Shown here one piece after another: positions 38,451-47,134 of a stretch of 64,000 nucleotides of DNA (position 1 is the first letter of the stretch; each line of letters opens with the position of its first letter). The notes beneath the pieces were generated by a model, which was given only the letters and a program-made list of their open reading frames with translations, had not been told where the DNA came from and searched no databases. The position numbers and the translations under genes are program-made. The stretch is from the NCBI GenBank assembly GCA_031260245.1, contig JAIRKH010000056.1:874-64873 (forward strand). The letters run 5' to 3'. The DNA is from Treponema sp. (GTDB taxonomy: Bacteria; Spirochaetota; Spirochaetia; Treponematales; Breznakiellaceae).

Positions 38451-38479
38451 AATATATAATAATTCAGAAAAAATGTCAA
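38451..38479 (-). promoter_or_regulatory. sigma-70-like promoter of tRNA-Phe (TTGACA-17-TATATT)
   Basis: On the minus strand: -35 at 38479-38474 and -10 at 38456-38451, about 19 nt upstream of the mature 5' end. Confidence 0.55.
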
Positions 38480-38570
38480 GTAGGGCAAAGGAAAAAACGC
38501 TAAAAAGTTTATAAAAGATTTTGAAAAGAATGATAGCTGTATTATCGGACGTTTCACGTCCTCTTTGTAA

Positions 38571-40529
38571 TTATTCTTTGGGCTTTGTGTATGTGAGATA
38601 CTCGCATTTAGGATAATTTAAACAGCCGTAGAATTCGCGTCCCCTACCTCGCGTTCTACGCCGTACGAGATTGCCGCCGCATTTTGGACATTTACCCACA
38701 GGAATAGATTTAGCGTTGTGGCAGGCGGGGAAGCCGGAGCAAGCTATAAAATAACCGAACCTGCCCAATTTCTTTACCAGAGGCTTGCCGCACTTCTCGC
38801 AAAACTCGCCCGTCGGTTCGTCGAGCGAGCCTTTGTACGATTCGAGCGTCTTGGACACTTCGTCAATCCTTTTCTTGAACGGAAACCAGAAATCCCGAAT
38901 CATGTCGGACCATTGCAGTTTATCCTCTTCGACTGTGTCAAGCTTGTTCTCCATGTCCGCCGTAAACTCCGCGTTTACAACGTCGAAGAAATACTCCACC
39001 ATCATATCGTTAATGAGCCGCCCCAGCACGGTCGGCGCGAGCTGTTTGGTGGAACGCGTTACATAGTAACGGTCGAGCAGGACGGAAATGATGGGCGCAT
39101 AGGTTGAGGGTCTGCCTATACCCTTTTCCTCAAGGGTTTTAACGATTGAGGCGTCCGTATAGCGGGACGGTCCTTGGGTCCAGTGCTGTTCCTTGTGAAA
39201 GTCAATAAGCGCCACAGCCTCTCCGAGCTTCAGACGCGGATAAAAAGCGTCTTTATCTTCGGTTGACGCAAGGAATTTCAGAGCTTTCAGAAAACCTTTT
39301 TGGATAACCTTTGCGCCCGACACGCGGAAAAGCGCTTCGCCCGCCTGAATATCTATATTCACAGTCTTTGTCTTGGCGTTATTCATCTGACTCGAAACAA
39401 AGCGCTCCCAAATGATTGAATAAAGCCTGAACTGGTCATGGGACAGATAGCCTTTCATGCTGTCCGGCGTATAAGCTGTGTAGGTCGGGCGGATAGCTTC
39501 GTGCGCGTCCTGCGCCTTACCGCCTACAGCGTATACAATGGGTTGAGGCGGAAAATCTTCAGGGTAATGTTCGCCGAGCCATTCCCGCGCCTCGTCCATT
39601 GCGGATTTGGCGATACGCACCGAGTCGGTTCTCATGTAGGTAATAAGCCCAATGCGGGACGAGCCGATATTGACGCCTTCGTAGAGCATCTGAGCTATTT
39701 GCATGGTTTTTTTGCTGGTAAAGCCGAGTCTATTCGCCGCAGTCTGCTGAAGTTGAGACGTCGTGAAAGGCGGTTTAGGTCTTATAGTCTTCTCAGTTTC
39801 GCGGACGTTTGTTACCTGTCCGTCGAGGCCTTTTATTGCGTCTATGATTGCTTGAACGTCCGCCTCTTTCTTGAGGTTAGACTTTTCACCTTTCCACTGG
39901 ACGAGTTGCGCGGTAAACGCGGTTTTTCCTACTTTACAATCCACGTTCAAAGACCAGTATTCCTGAGGAACAAAAGCCTCGACTTCTTTCTCCCGCTCGC
40001 AGATGAGGCGCAACGCTACAGACTGCACTCTGCCTGCGGAAAGCCCGTTTTTCACCTTTTTCCAGAGAAGCGGAGATAAGTTATAGCCCACGAGTCTATC
40101 AAGCACACGCCGCGCTTTTTGGGCGTTGACCTTCGCTTCGTCGATGGTTCCTGGGTTGGCAACCGCGTTCCTGATTGCCTGCGGGGTGATTTCGTTGAAA
40201 CTGATACGTTGTATCTGCGCGTTGGTCTTAGGCGCGATGGCGTTGGACAGGTGCCAAGCTATAGCTTCGCCCTCGCGGTCGTTGTCGCTGGCCAGCAAGA
40301 CGCGCCCTGCTTTCTTCGCTTCGGACTGCAATTCTTTCAAGAGCTTCGCCTTACCGCGAACTGTGATATATTCAGGCGTGAAGTCGTGTTCCGTGTCTAT
40401 AGCGGTCCGCGATTTGGGTAAATCAATAAGATGCCCCATCGACGCTCGTACCTCAAAATCGGGTCCAAGATATTTTTCAATGGTTTTTGCCTTTGCAGGC
40501 GATTCTACAATAATTAGCGTTTTTTCCAT
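38571..40529 (-). CDS. topA: DNA topoisomerase I
   Basis: ATG at 40529 (MEKTLIIVESPAKAKTIEKYLG, Toprim domain). C-terminal Cys4 zinc ribbons CEKCGKPL...CSGFPAC and CPKCGG...CLNYPKC. Confidence 0.95.
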   Translation of the reverse strand: MEKTLIIVESPAKAKTIEKYLGPDFEVRASMGHLIDLPKSRTAIDTEHDFTPEYITVRGKAKLLKELQSEAKKAGRVLLASDNDREGEAIAWHLSNAIAPKTNAQIQRISFNEITPQAIRNAVANPGTIDEAKVNAQKARRVLDRLVGYNLSPLLWKKVKNGLSAGRVQSVALRLICEREKEVEAFVPQEYWSLNVDCKVGKTAFTAQLVQWKGEKSNLKKEADVQAIIDAIKGLDGQVTNVRETEKTIRPKPPFTTSQLQQTAANRLGFTSKKTMQIAQMLYEGVNIGSSRIGLITYMRTDSVRIAKSAMDEAREWLGEHYPEDFPPQPIVYAVGGKAQDAHEAIRPTYTAYTPDSMKGYLSHDQFRLYSIIWERFVSSQMNNAKTKTVNIDIQAGEALFRVSGAKVIQKGFLKALKFLASTEDKDAFYPRLKLGEAVALIDFHKEQHWTQGPSRYTDASIVKTLEEKGIGRPSTYAPIISVLLDRYYVTRSTKQLAPTVLGRLINDMMVEYFFDVVNAEFTADMENKLDTVEEDKLQWSDMIRDFWFPFKKRIDEVSKTLESYKGSLDEPTGEFCEKCGKPLVKKLGRFGYFIACSGFPACHNAKSIPVGKCPKCGGNLVRRRTRGRGREFYGCLNYPKCEYLTYTKPKE

Positions 40530-40762
40530 ATCTTTTTTTCCTATGTTTAACAAGTTTAGGAAAAAGTATGTCTCTTTTTGGAAGTTTTGTCAATGGACAA
40601 GACGGGTAATATCATAAAATAAAACCAAGTGTAATCTATGTAATCTGTGGACCTTTTTCTTCATTTACTTTGGTGTCAGACACCCGCATTTGTAGCGACG
40701 GGCTGGAGCGAGGAGGATGCTTCCTCCTCTTTATGTATAAATGAGCCGCTTGCAGAAACCTG

Positions 40763-41584
40763 TCATACTTTCTTTTCATCGCCGTGGAAGAAGTACATTT
40801 TATACGGGAGATTTCCCATTGTCCGCATAAATTCGTGAATTTCCAGTTCTCGCGTATGCCAATACTTGTAGAAAGCTCGCCTTGAATTATATATGGAGGC
40901 GAAGCGTAGGAACATACGAGGGAAATGTTCCTTGATGAGGGCAAGCACCTCTGCCCTGAAACCGCCGCGTAGATTCAGGTTTTCAAATCCGACATATGCG
41001 GCATATTTTCCAACTGCTTTGACGATAGGCTGATAATCCGAGAAAAAAGGAATAATCGGGGAGATTAAAGCGGAAACCACAATACCCGCCGAATGGAGGA
41101 CGCGCATAGCTTCTATTCGTTCCGAAGGAGGCGGGGCAAATGGTTCGGTAAGGCGGGCGATTTCGTCACTTGAGGATAGGGAGAATCCTACGACTATGTC
41201 TTTTATCCGCTTTAAAACGTCTATGTCTCGCAAAACCATAGGAGATTTGGTAAGAATTTCTATGTGAGCCGAGCTGTCCGTCAACTGTAGCAGGATGGCT
41301 CGGGTTTTCTCAAACTGTTTTTCAAAGTGGTTGTAAGGGTCGGTTGCCGAGCTTATTAAGATAGTTTTATCTTGGAATTTGTCGGATGGGAAGGTATAAT
41401 TTTCTTTTACATCAAGAAAACTACACCACTTTTCGCCTTTATGTCCGCTGAAACGCGCCATATATTCCGCACAACAGTACACGCATCCGTGTGTGCAACC
41501 GATATAGGGGTTCACCGTGTAATCCGCGTTTGGGATCTTCGTTTTTGTGATGATGTTTCGTATGTTTACGTGATTCACGTTCAT
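40763..41584 (-). CDS. radical SAM protein (SplB/DNA-photolyase-like family)
   Basis: 273 aa; SD AAGGAGAA; CxxxCxxC cluster motif GCTHGCVYC near the N-terminus. Confidence 0.7.
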   Translation of the reverse strand: MNVNHVNIRNIITKTKIPNADYTVNPYIGCTHGCVYCCAEYMARFSGHKGEKWCSFLDVKENYTFPSDKFQDKTILISSATDPYNHFEKQFEKTRAILLQLTDSSAHIEILTKSPMVLRDIDVLKRIKDIVVGFSLSSSDEIARLTEPFAPPPSERIEAMRVLHSAGIVVSALISPIIPFFSDYQPIVKAVGKYAAYVGFENLNLRGGFRAEVLALIKEHFPRMFLRFASIYNSRRAFYKYWHTRELEIHEFMRTMGNLPYKMYFFHGDEKKV

Positions 41585-42256
41585 ATAGTTCTCCTTAATA
41601 AACGTAGTGGACGCGTGAAGCGTCTCACGCGCCGCCCGTTTGATTGAATACTGTAAGAGGGATGACGATTTTAGCGCCGAGTGTCGTATTATCGAAAAGT
41701 TTAGAAGGAAACGATTATCTTTCCCTCAAAGCTTCCAAGACATAAAGCGCCGACAAGAAAGTAAAATAACGGCGAGTCCCAACGAAACAGGAATAATAAA
41801 AACAAGAGAAGCAACTACCGTAACCTGTATAGATTAGGTACCGCCATAACCCACCCAGGTTTCCGCAGAGACGACAAATAAATGACAAAAATCATCTTTA
41901 ATAGTCCATTTCTATAGATTATAATTTCAAAACAAATTGCAAGCACGCTGAGCGGCGTCGTATCGGCTATTACAAGTTCTACGCTTGTTCCAGAATAATT
42001 ATAAAACGTTCAAACAAATATAATGTCCTGTCAGAAAATAATATTAATGTATGTTTTGCAAATTTCCCATGGAAAACGCCAAGTTCGGCGTTGCGCTAAT
42101 AATTTACAACCTATTTTCATAGTATAAACTATTTCAAAAATTCTGTCAACCATGTTTGAAGGGAAAATAAAGAAAAATGAATACCGTGAAGGATTACGTT
42201 CTGTAATCAAGTTTGGGCTGTCAAACGAACGTTCGAGCCTAGACGTTTTCTTTTGC

Positions 42257-43132
42257 ATGAAGTATACTCAAGAAGTGGAAAAATTACGCATATTGATACC
42301 CAAGGGCAGGATTTTTGACAATATCGCCCTTCTTTTTAGCTCCGCCGGCTTTCCTATAAACCTTGCGGACAGGACATATAGACCGACGCTCAAGGCTGAT
42401 TGGCTGGACGCGAAGATAATGAAGCCCCAGAACGTGGGCTCTCTCTTGGAGCTTGGGCGGCACGACGCGGGTTTTACTGGGTTTGATTGGCTTGAGGAGA
42501 GCGGCGCGGACGTGGAGAAAGTGATGGACTTGGGACTCGACAAGGTTCGTATCGTGTCCGCGGTCCCCGCTGACTTTGATATGAATGGCTTGAAAGAAAA
42601 AAAGCTCACCGTAGCCACCGAATACGTGAACATCGCGGGTAAATGGCTGTCCGCTCAGGGCTATAACTACCATATCCTTCGCACTTACGGCGCGACTGAA
42701 GTGTTCCCCCCCGACGACGCGGATATGATTATAGATAATACTTCGTCAGGACAAACATTGAAGGATAACGGTTTGAAGATAACAGGAACTCTTCTTGAGT
42801 CGTCTACCCATTTCGTCGCGTCTAAAGCCGCTCTCGCGAACCCCGAAAAACGCGGGCGCATCCAAGAACTCGCTATGCTCTTCAAAGCCGTTCTCGACGG
42901 ACGGGACAAGGTTATGCTTGAAATGAACGTCGCGGAATCTCTCTTTGAAGAACTGGTCGCCGCGCTCCCCTGTATGCGAAGTCCTACGGTTTCTCCCCTC
43001 TACGGTGAAAAAGGCGGGTTCGCTGTCAAAGTTGCGGTTAAGAAAGACGAAGTACCAGAAATCATCCCTCTCCTGAAGAAGTTCGGCGCGACGGATATAG
43101 TGGAATATGACTTGCGAAAGGTGGTCCCTTGA
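42257..43132 (+). CDS. hisG: ATP phosphoribosyltransferase, long form (HisG)
   Basis: ...LRILIPKGRIFDN..., DAGFTGFDWLEE, and IDNTSSGQTLKDNGL (PRPP loop). About 290 aa from ATG 42257. The start is uncertain because no SD is visible. Confidence 0.75.
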   Translation: MKYTQEVEKLRILIPKGRIFDNIALLFSSAGFPINLADRTYRPTLKADWLDAKIMKPQNVGSLLELGRHDAGFTGFDWLEESGADVEKVMDLGLDKVRIVSAVPADFDMNGLKEKKLTVATEYVNIAGKWLSAQGYNYHILRTYGATEVFPPDDADMIIDNTSSGQTLKDNGLKITGTLLESSTHFVASKAALANPEKRGRIQELAMLFKAVLDGRDKVMLEMNVAESLFEELVAALPCMRSPTVSPLYGEKGGFAVKVAVKKDEVPEIIPLLKKFGATDIVEYDLRKVVP

Positions 43133-43851
43133 AATCATCGCTTAACGCGGACTTTAATCCGCGCCTGACAGGGACAGCGGAGTCTCCTTTCATACAGCGC
43201 TCGTTGGGAAGTTCTAGAACAGACGAAGTCTGCGAGGACAGTGGCGCCCCCTTGCAAACAGCGTCTATTGAGAAGTCCTCTAACAGGCGAAGCCTGCTGA
43301 AATGGGAAGAGGAGTCGCGGAGAGACGTCTTCCAATGCCGCGTGTTTTCAATACACGAAAGCGTATGTCGGTCGCCGGACAATACAGACACAGGCGTCTT
43401 TGTGGCTATCGACTCCGCGGACTGGGCGATTATCCTGCCAGTGATGGAAACGGAACAAGGCAAGGCTTTCGTCATGGTGAGACAGTGGCGACACGGGGCG
43501 CAGGAAATGAGCCTCGAATTCCCCGGTGGAGTCTTTGAAAGCGGCGAGACGCCAACGTCCGCGGCTCTGCGGGAGTTGGAAGAGGAAACCGCCTATACCG
43601 CGAGGAAAATCACTAGTCTAGGGATGATGAGTCCGAATCCAGCCATCATGTCAAACCATACTTATTTTTTCTTGGCGGAAGAGCTGGAAAAACTGCCCGC
43701 GCAACGCCTTGATAAAGACGAATACGTTGACGTGGAAATAGTACCGATTAACGAAGCGCTGAACAACATGGGCAAGCCGCCCTATATACACGCGCTCATG
43801 GGAACGGCCGTCGCTCTCTATATGCAAAAAGCGCGAGAAGAACGTCCTTGA
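43129..43851 (+). CDS. NUDIX hydrolase (ADP-ribose pyrophosphatase-like)
   Basis: Nudix box GGVFESGETPTSAALRELEEETAY. The longest ORF starts at a TTG overlapping the hisG stop. Internal TTG starts are possible, so the 5' end is uncertain. Confidence 0.7.
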   Translation: MKSSLNADFNPRLTGTAESPFIQRSLGSSRTDEVCEDSGAPLQTASIEKSSNRRSLLKWEEESRRDVFQCRVFSIHESVCRSPDNTDTGVFVAIDSADWAIILPVMETEQGKAFVMVRQWRHGAQEMSLEFPGGVFESGETPTSAALRELEEETAYTARKITSLGMMSPNPAIMSNHTYFFLAEELEKLPAQRLDKDEYVDVEIVPINEALNNMGKPPYIHALMGTAVALYMQKAREERP

Positions 43852-43896
43852 AAAAAGACGGAAAAACACTGTAGAATAAGGAGGGAGACGATAAAA

Positions 43897-45195
43897 ATGC
43901 GTGTTTTAGCAAAAGATATAGCGCGAGCAGCGCGGGAGAACCCAGAGAAAGATGTGGAGGTTTTCGGATGGGTACATCGTATTCGGGATATGGGCGGCGT
44001 TACATTCGTCGTCGTACGGGATAGGTCTGGTATCGTTCAGCTTGTGTTGGAAAACAAGCCGAATATAACGCTGGAATCGGTCGTTTCAGCCAAAGGAAAA
44101 CCCGCGCTTAACGAAAAGGCGCCGGGCCGCGCGGAACTGCGCGTTGCGAAACTAACCTGCTTGTCGCGCGCGGAACACGAACTGCCTTATCAGGTGAACG
44201 GCGACATAAACAAAATCGGCGTTGAAGCCACGTTGGATAACCGCGTCCTATCAGTTCGCAATCCTAAAATACGGGCGATTTTCCACATTCAATCAACTAT
44301 CATTGAGGCGTTCACCGCATACCTGCGCTCTCAAGACTTCACCGAAATCAAAACTAGCAAGCTCGTTGGAAGCGGCACCGAAGGCGGCACGGAACTATTC
44401 GAGGTTGATTACTTTGATCGCAAAGTCTACCTGGCCCAGTCCCCTCAATTCTATAAAGAAGTTATGGTGGCGAGCGGCATGGAGCGGGTTTTCGAGATTG
44501 CGCCCGCATACCGCGCCGAAAAGCACGACACTCCGCGGCATTTGAACGAATACGTGTCTATGGATGTGGAAATGGGCTTCATCGAGTCGGAGAAAGAACT
44601 AATAGAGCTTGAGAAAGGGCTTTTGACGCATATCTTTGAACAAGTCGCGTTCAAGAACGCCGCGGAACTCAAGCTGTGGGACGCGGTCGTCCCAAGCGCG
44701 GACGCGGTAGCGAAATCGCCTACCATAGGTTATGAAGCCGCGGTGAAGCTCGCAAGCGCCGAGTCCGCAAAGGCTGGCGGCGCGCGTATTTTTGACGTAA
44801 CGCCTGAAGCGGAACGTTACTTGTGCGAGTGGTCAAAACGCGAATACGGCTCGGACCTCGTGTTCGTCAACGAATTCCCCCGCCGCTACCGCCCCTTCTA
44901 CACGTACCCGCTGGACGCAAGTAGAACCATGAGTTTCGACGCGCTCTTTCGCGGCTTGGAAATCACCACCGGCGGTAGGCGGCAACACGACTACCATGCT
45001 TTTTTAGACGTACTGCCGAAATTCGGACTGCAAGCGGAAAGTTTCGGCAGCTACCTTTCCTTGCTCAAATACGGCTGTCCACCCCACGGCGGGTTCGCGG
45101 TGGGCTGTGAACGCCTGACCGCCCGTATCCTCGGCGTCTCTAACGTGAAAGAAGCGAGCCTCTTCCCCAGAGACAGAAAACGAGTGGAACCATAA
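43897..45195 (+). CDS. aspS: aspartate--tRNA ligase, archaeal/eukaryal-type class IIb (Asp versus Asn specificity not certain)
   Basis: 432 aa; SD AAGGAGGGAG. Has an OB-fold N-terminus, motif-2-like FRAEKHDTPRHLNEY, and motif 3 GGFAVGCERL. Confidence 0.7.
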   Translation: MRVLAKDIARAARENPEKDVEVFGWVHRIRDMGGVTFVVVRDRSGIVQLVLENKPNITLESVVSAKGKPALNEKAPGRAELRVAKLTCLSRAEHELPYQVNGDINKIGVEATLDNRVLSVRNPKIRAIFHIQSTIIEAFTAYLRSQDFTEIKTSKLVGSGTEGGTELFEVDYFDRKVYLAQSPQFYKEVMVASGMERVFEIAPAYRAEKHDTPRHLNEYVSMDVEMGFIESEKELIELEKGLLTHIFEQVAFKNAAELKLWDAVVPSADAVAKSPTIGYEAAVKLASAESAKAGGARIFDVTPEAERYLCEWSKREYGSDLVFVNEFPRRYRPFYTYPLDASRTMSFDALFRGLEITTGGRRQHDYHAFLDVLPKFGLQAESFGSYLSLLKYGCPPHGGFAVGCERLTARILGVSNVKEASLFPRDRKRVEP

Positions 45196-45199
45196 AGGT

Positions 45200-46351
45200 A
45201 TGGTATATCTTCTAAAACTAGGCGAGCTTACCCTCAAAGGCGGGAATCGCGGCGAGTTTGAGAAAGTCTTGAAACGCAACCTCAAAGCGCTTTTAAAAGG
45301 CGCGGCCGCGGAGATAAGAGTTACAAACGGACGCTACTTTGTGGATGTTCCTGAAGAATGCGTGAAACAAGCGGAGAACGCGTTCTCTCGGCTCTTTGGC
45401 ATAACAGGGTGGGCGTCGACGCGGGTTTGCGAGAAAACCGTCGACGCTATGCTCGCCGCGTGCATAGCAGAAGCCCGCGTTCTTGAACAAAAAGATGTAA
45501 AGACCTTCAAGATTGAAGCCCGCCGAACCGATAAGAGCTTTCCTCTGGACAGTTACGGCGTCATGGCGAACGCGGGTCGGAGCGTACTGGAAAGCGTTCC
45601 CACCCTAAAAGTTGACGTTAAAACGCCGTCAGCGGTTATTAATGTGGAGATTCGCGAGAGGATCTATGTCTATAGTAACAACGTCAAGGGGTTGCGCGGA
45701 CTGCCTGTCAGCGTGGCCGGGCGCGGCTTATTGCTTCTGTCGGGCGGCATCGACTCGCCAGTCGCGGGATTTCTTATGGCGGGGCGTGGTATGAGTATCG
45801 ACGCCGCGCATTTCCACGCGTATCCTTTTACGTCTGACGAGGCGCAACAAAAGGTTGCCAAATTAGCGGAAATACTAGGCCGCTACACGATAGGCGTCCG
45901 TTTGCACATCGTCAGATTTACAGACGTCCAGATGCGTATAAAGGAACGCGCCCCATTCCCGTGGGCAACGGTTCTTTTGCGTATGGCGATGATGAAGGCG
46001 TCTGAAAATATCGCTCTCCAATGCAAGGCTAAATGTCTCATAACCGGAGAAAGTCTTTCGCAAGTGGCGAGTCAAACCGCGGAAAACATAGCTTGTACTC
46101 AAAGCGTCGTCGCTACGCCGATTCTCCGCCCGCTCATTGGGATGGATAAGGAAGCTATCATCCGTATCTCGGAGAAAATCGGCGCCTATAGGACGTCTAT
46201 TCTCCCTTACGAAGACTGCTGTACGCTTTTCAGCCCTAAACATCCTGTTTTACGGGGAGACGTTAAGGAAGCTCTATCTCTTTTTGAGAAACTTGACATA
46301 GCCGTCTTGATAGAGCGGTCTGTTAAAGAACGCGTCGTCTATCGTTTATAG
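45200..46351 (+). CDS. thiI: tRNA 4-thiouridine synthase ThiI
   Basis: 383 aa. THUMP-type N-terminus (LKLGELTLKGGNR) and PP-loop LLLSGGIDSPVAG. Confidence 0.85.
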   Translation: MVYLLKLGELTLKGGNRGEFEKVLKRNLKALLKGAAAEIRVTNGRYFVDVPEECVKQAENAFSRLFGITGWASTRVCEKTVDAMLAACIAEARVLEQKDVKTFKIEARRTDKSFPLDSYGVMANAGRSVLESVPTLKVDVKTPSAVINVEIRERIYVYSNNVKGLRGLPVSVAGRGLLLLSGGIDSPVAGFLMAGRGMSIDAAHFHAYPFTSDEAQQKVAKLAEILGRYTIGVRLHIVRFTDVQMRIKERAPFPWATVLLRMAMMKASENIALQCKAKCLITGESLSQVASQTAENIACTQSVVATPILRPLIGMDKEAIIRISEKIGAYRTSILPYEDCCTLFSPKHPVLRGDVKEALSLFEKLDIAVLIERSVKERVVYRL

Positions 46352-46360
46352 AGTTTTATG

Positions 46361-47059
46361 CTACTTCACTGATAGGCTTATGATACGGGATTGAGCGAGG
46401 TTGGACCACACTTGGTCGTTGGGCCACTTACTCAAGAGGACGCGATAAGCTTCGAGCGCCGCGTCTTTATTGTTCTGAGACTCATTGAGTCGGCCTATGG
46501 CGAACTGGGCGCGGGAAGCGGCGGGAAAGTCAAAATCAGCGGCTTGGGCGTAAATCTCTATGGCGCGGGGGAGGTCGCCCTGTTCCTCAACCGCGACCGC
46601 CGCGTTGTAGAGCGCGACAGGCTCAATATAAGCGCCCGCCCCCGCGACCGCCGCGTTATTCCACGCTTTTTCAGCCTCTACCCAGTTATTCTTATCCACG
46701 TAGATATTCGCCATGATGGAGAAAGCCCTTGCTCCCGCATAGCCTTTGTATTTCGGAGCGAAAGCCGCCAATTCATCCAAAAGCGTCTGCACGTCCGCGG
46801 CTTTCTCTTCGCTGTTAATATCAATCTGCAAGGCGTCAAAGCGGCTTGAAAAATCCTCTACCTGTGCGATAGCTTTCGTTTTCAGCGTTCCGGCGACGCC
46901 GTTCACGATGCTGAAAGCTATTATCCCCACAATAATGACAATCAACCCAATGAGAAATCCCATACGGTTCTTCTGGATGAAGTCGCTCAACTGTTGGGCG
47001 AATCCTCCTTTGTCTTCCATTTCCACAGGTTTCATTGTCTCCAATTTTTCTTTAGTCAT
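46361..47059 (-). CDS. membrane-anchored TPR-like protein (YfgM-like)
   Basis: 232 aa. One TM segment (FLIGLIVIIVGIIAFSIV) followed by a helical-repeat region. Confidence 0.5.
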   Translation of the reverse strand: MTKEKLETMKPVEMEDKGGFAQQLSDFIQKNRMGFLIGLIVIIVGIIAFSIVNGVAGTLKTKAIAQVEDFSSRFDALQIDINSEEKAADVQTLLDELAAFAPKYKGYAGARAFSIMANIYVDKNNWVEAEKAWNNAAVAGAGAYIEPVALYNAAVAVEEQGDLPRAIEIYAQAADFDFPAASRAQFAIGRLNESQNNKDAALEAYRVLLSKWPNDQVWSNLAQSRIISLSVK

Positions 47060-47134
47060 ATAGATCTCCTTAATTGTTTTGGACGTTGGTTTTTTGTTAG
47101 CGAACAGAGTTTGTCTTCGCTTATAACGATAGAT

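Noticed and set aside
39438-40617. 213-aa, 163-aa and 100-aa plus-strand ORFs
   Set aside because: They are antisense to topA, which is unambiguous.
41640-41837. 65-aa plus-strand ORF in the radical-SAM/hisG gap
   Set aside because: It has a non-ATG start, no SD and no similarity to anything recognisable, so it was kept only as part of the unexplained gap. A 43-codon hydrophobic TTG-initiated frame on the minus strand (about 41695-41826) was rejected for the same reasons.
41825-41860. T-box-like GGTACCGCC ... CCCACCC upstream of hisG
   Set aside because: The conserved T-box sequence GGGUGGUACCGCG is not contiguous in either orientation, and no specifier-loop or AGAGA elements were seen.
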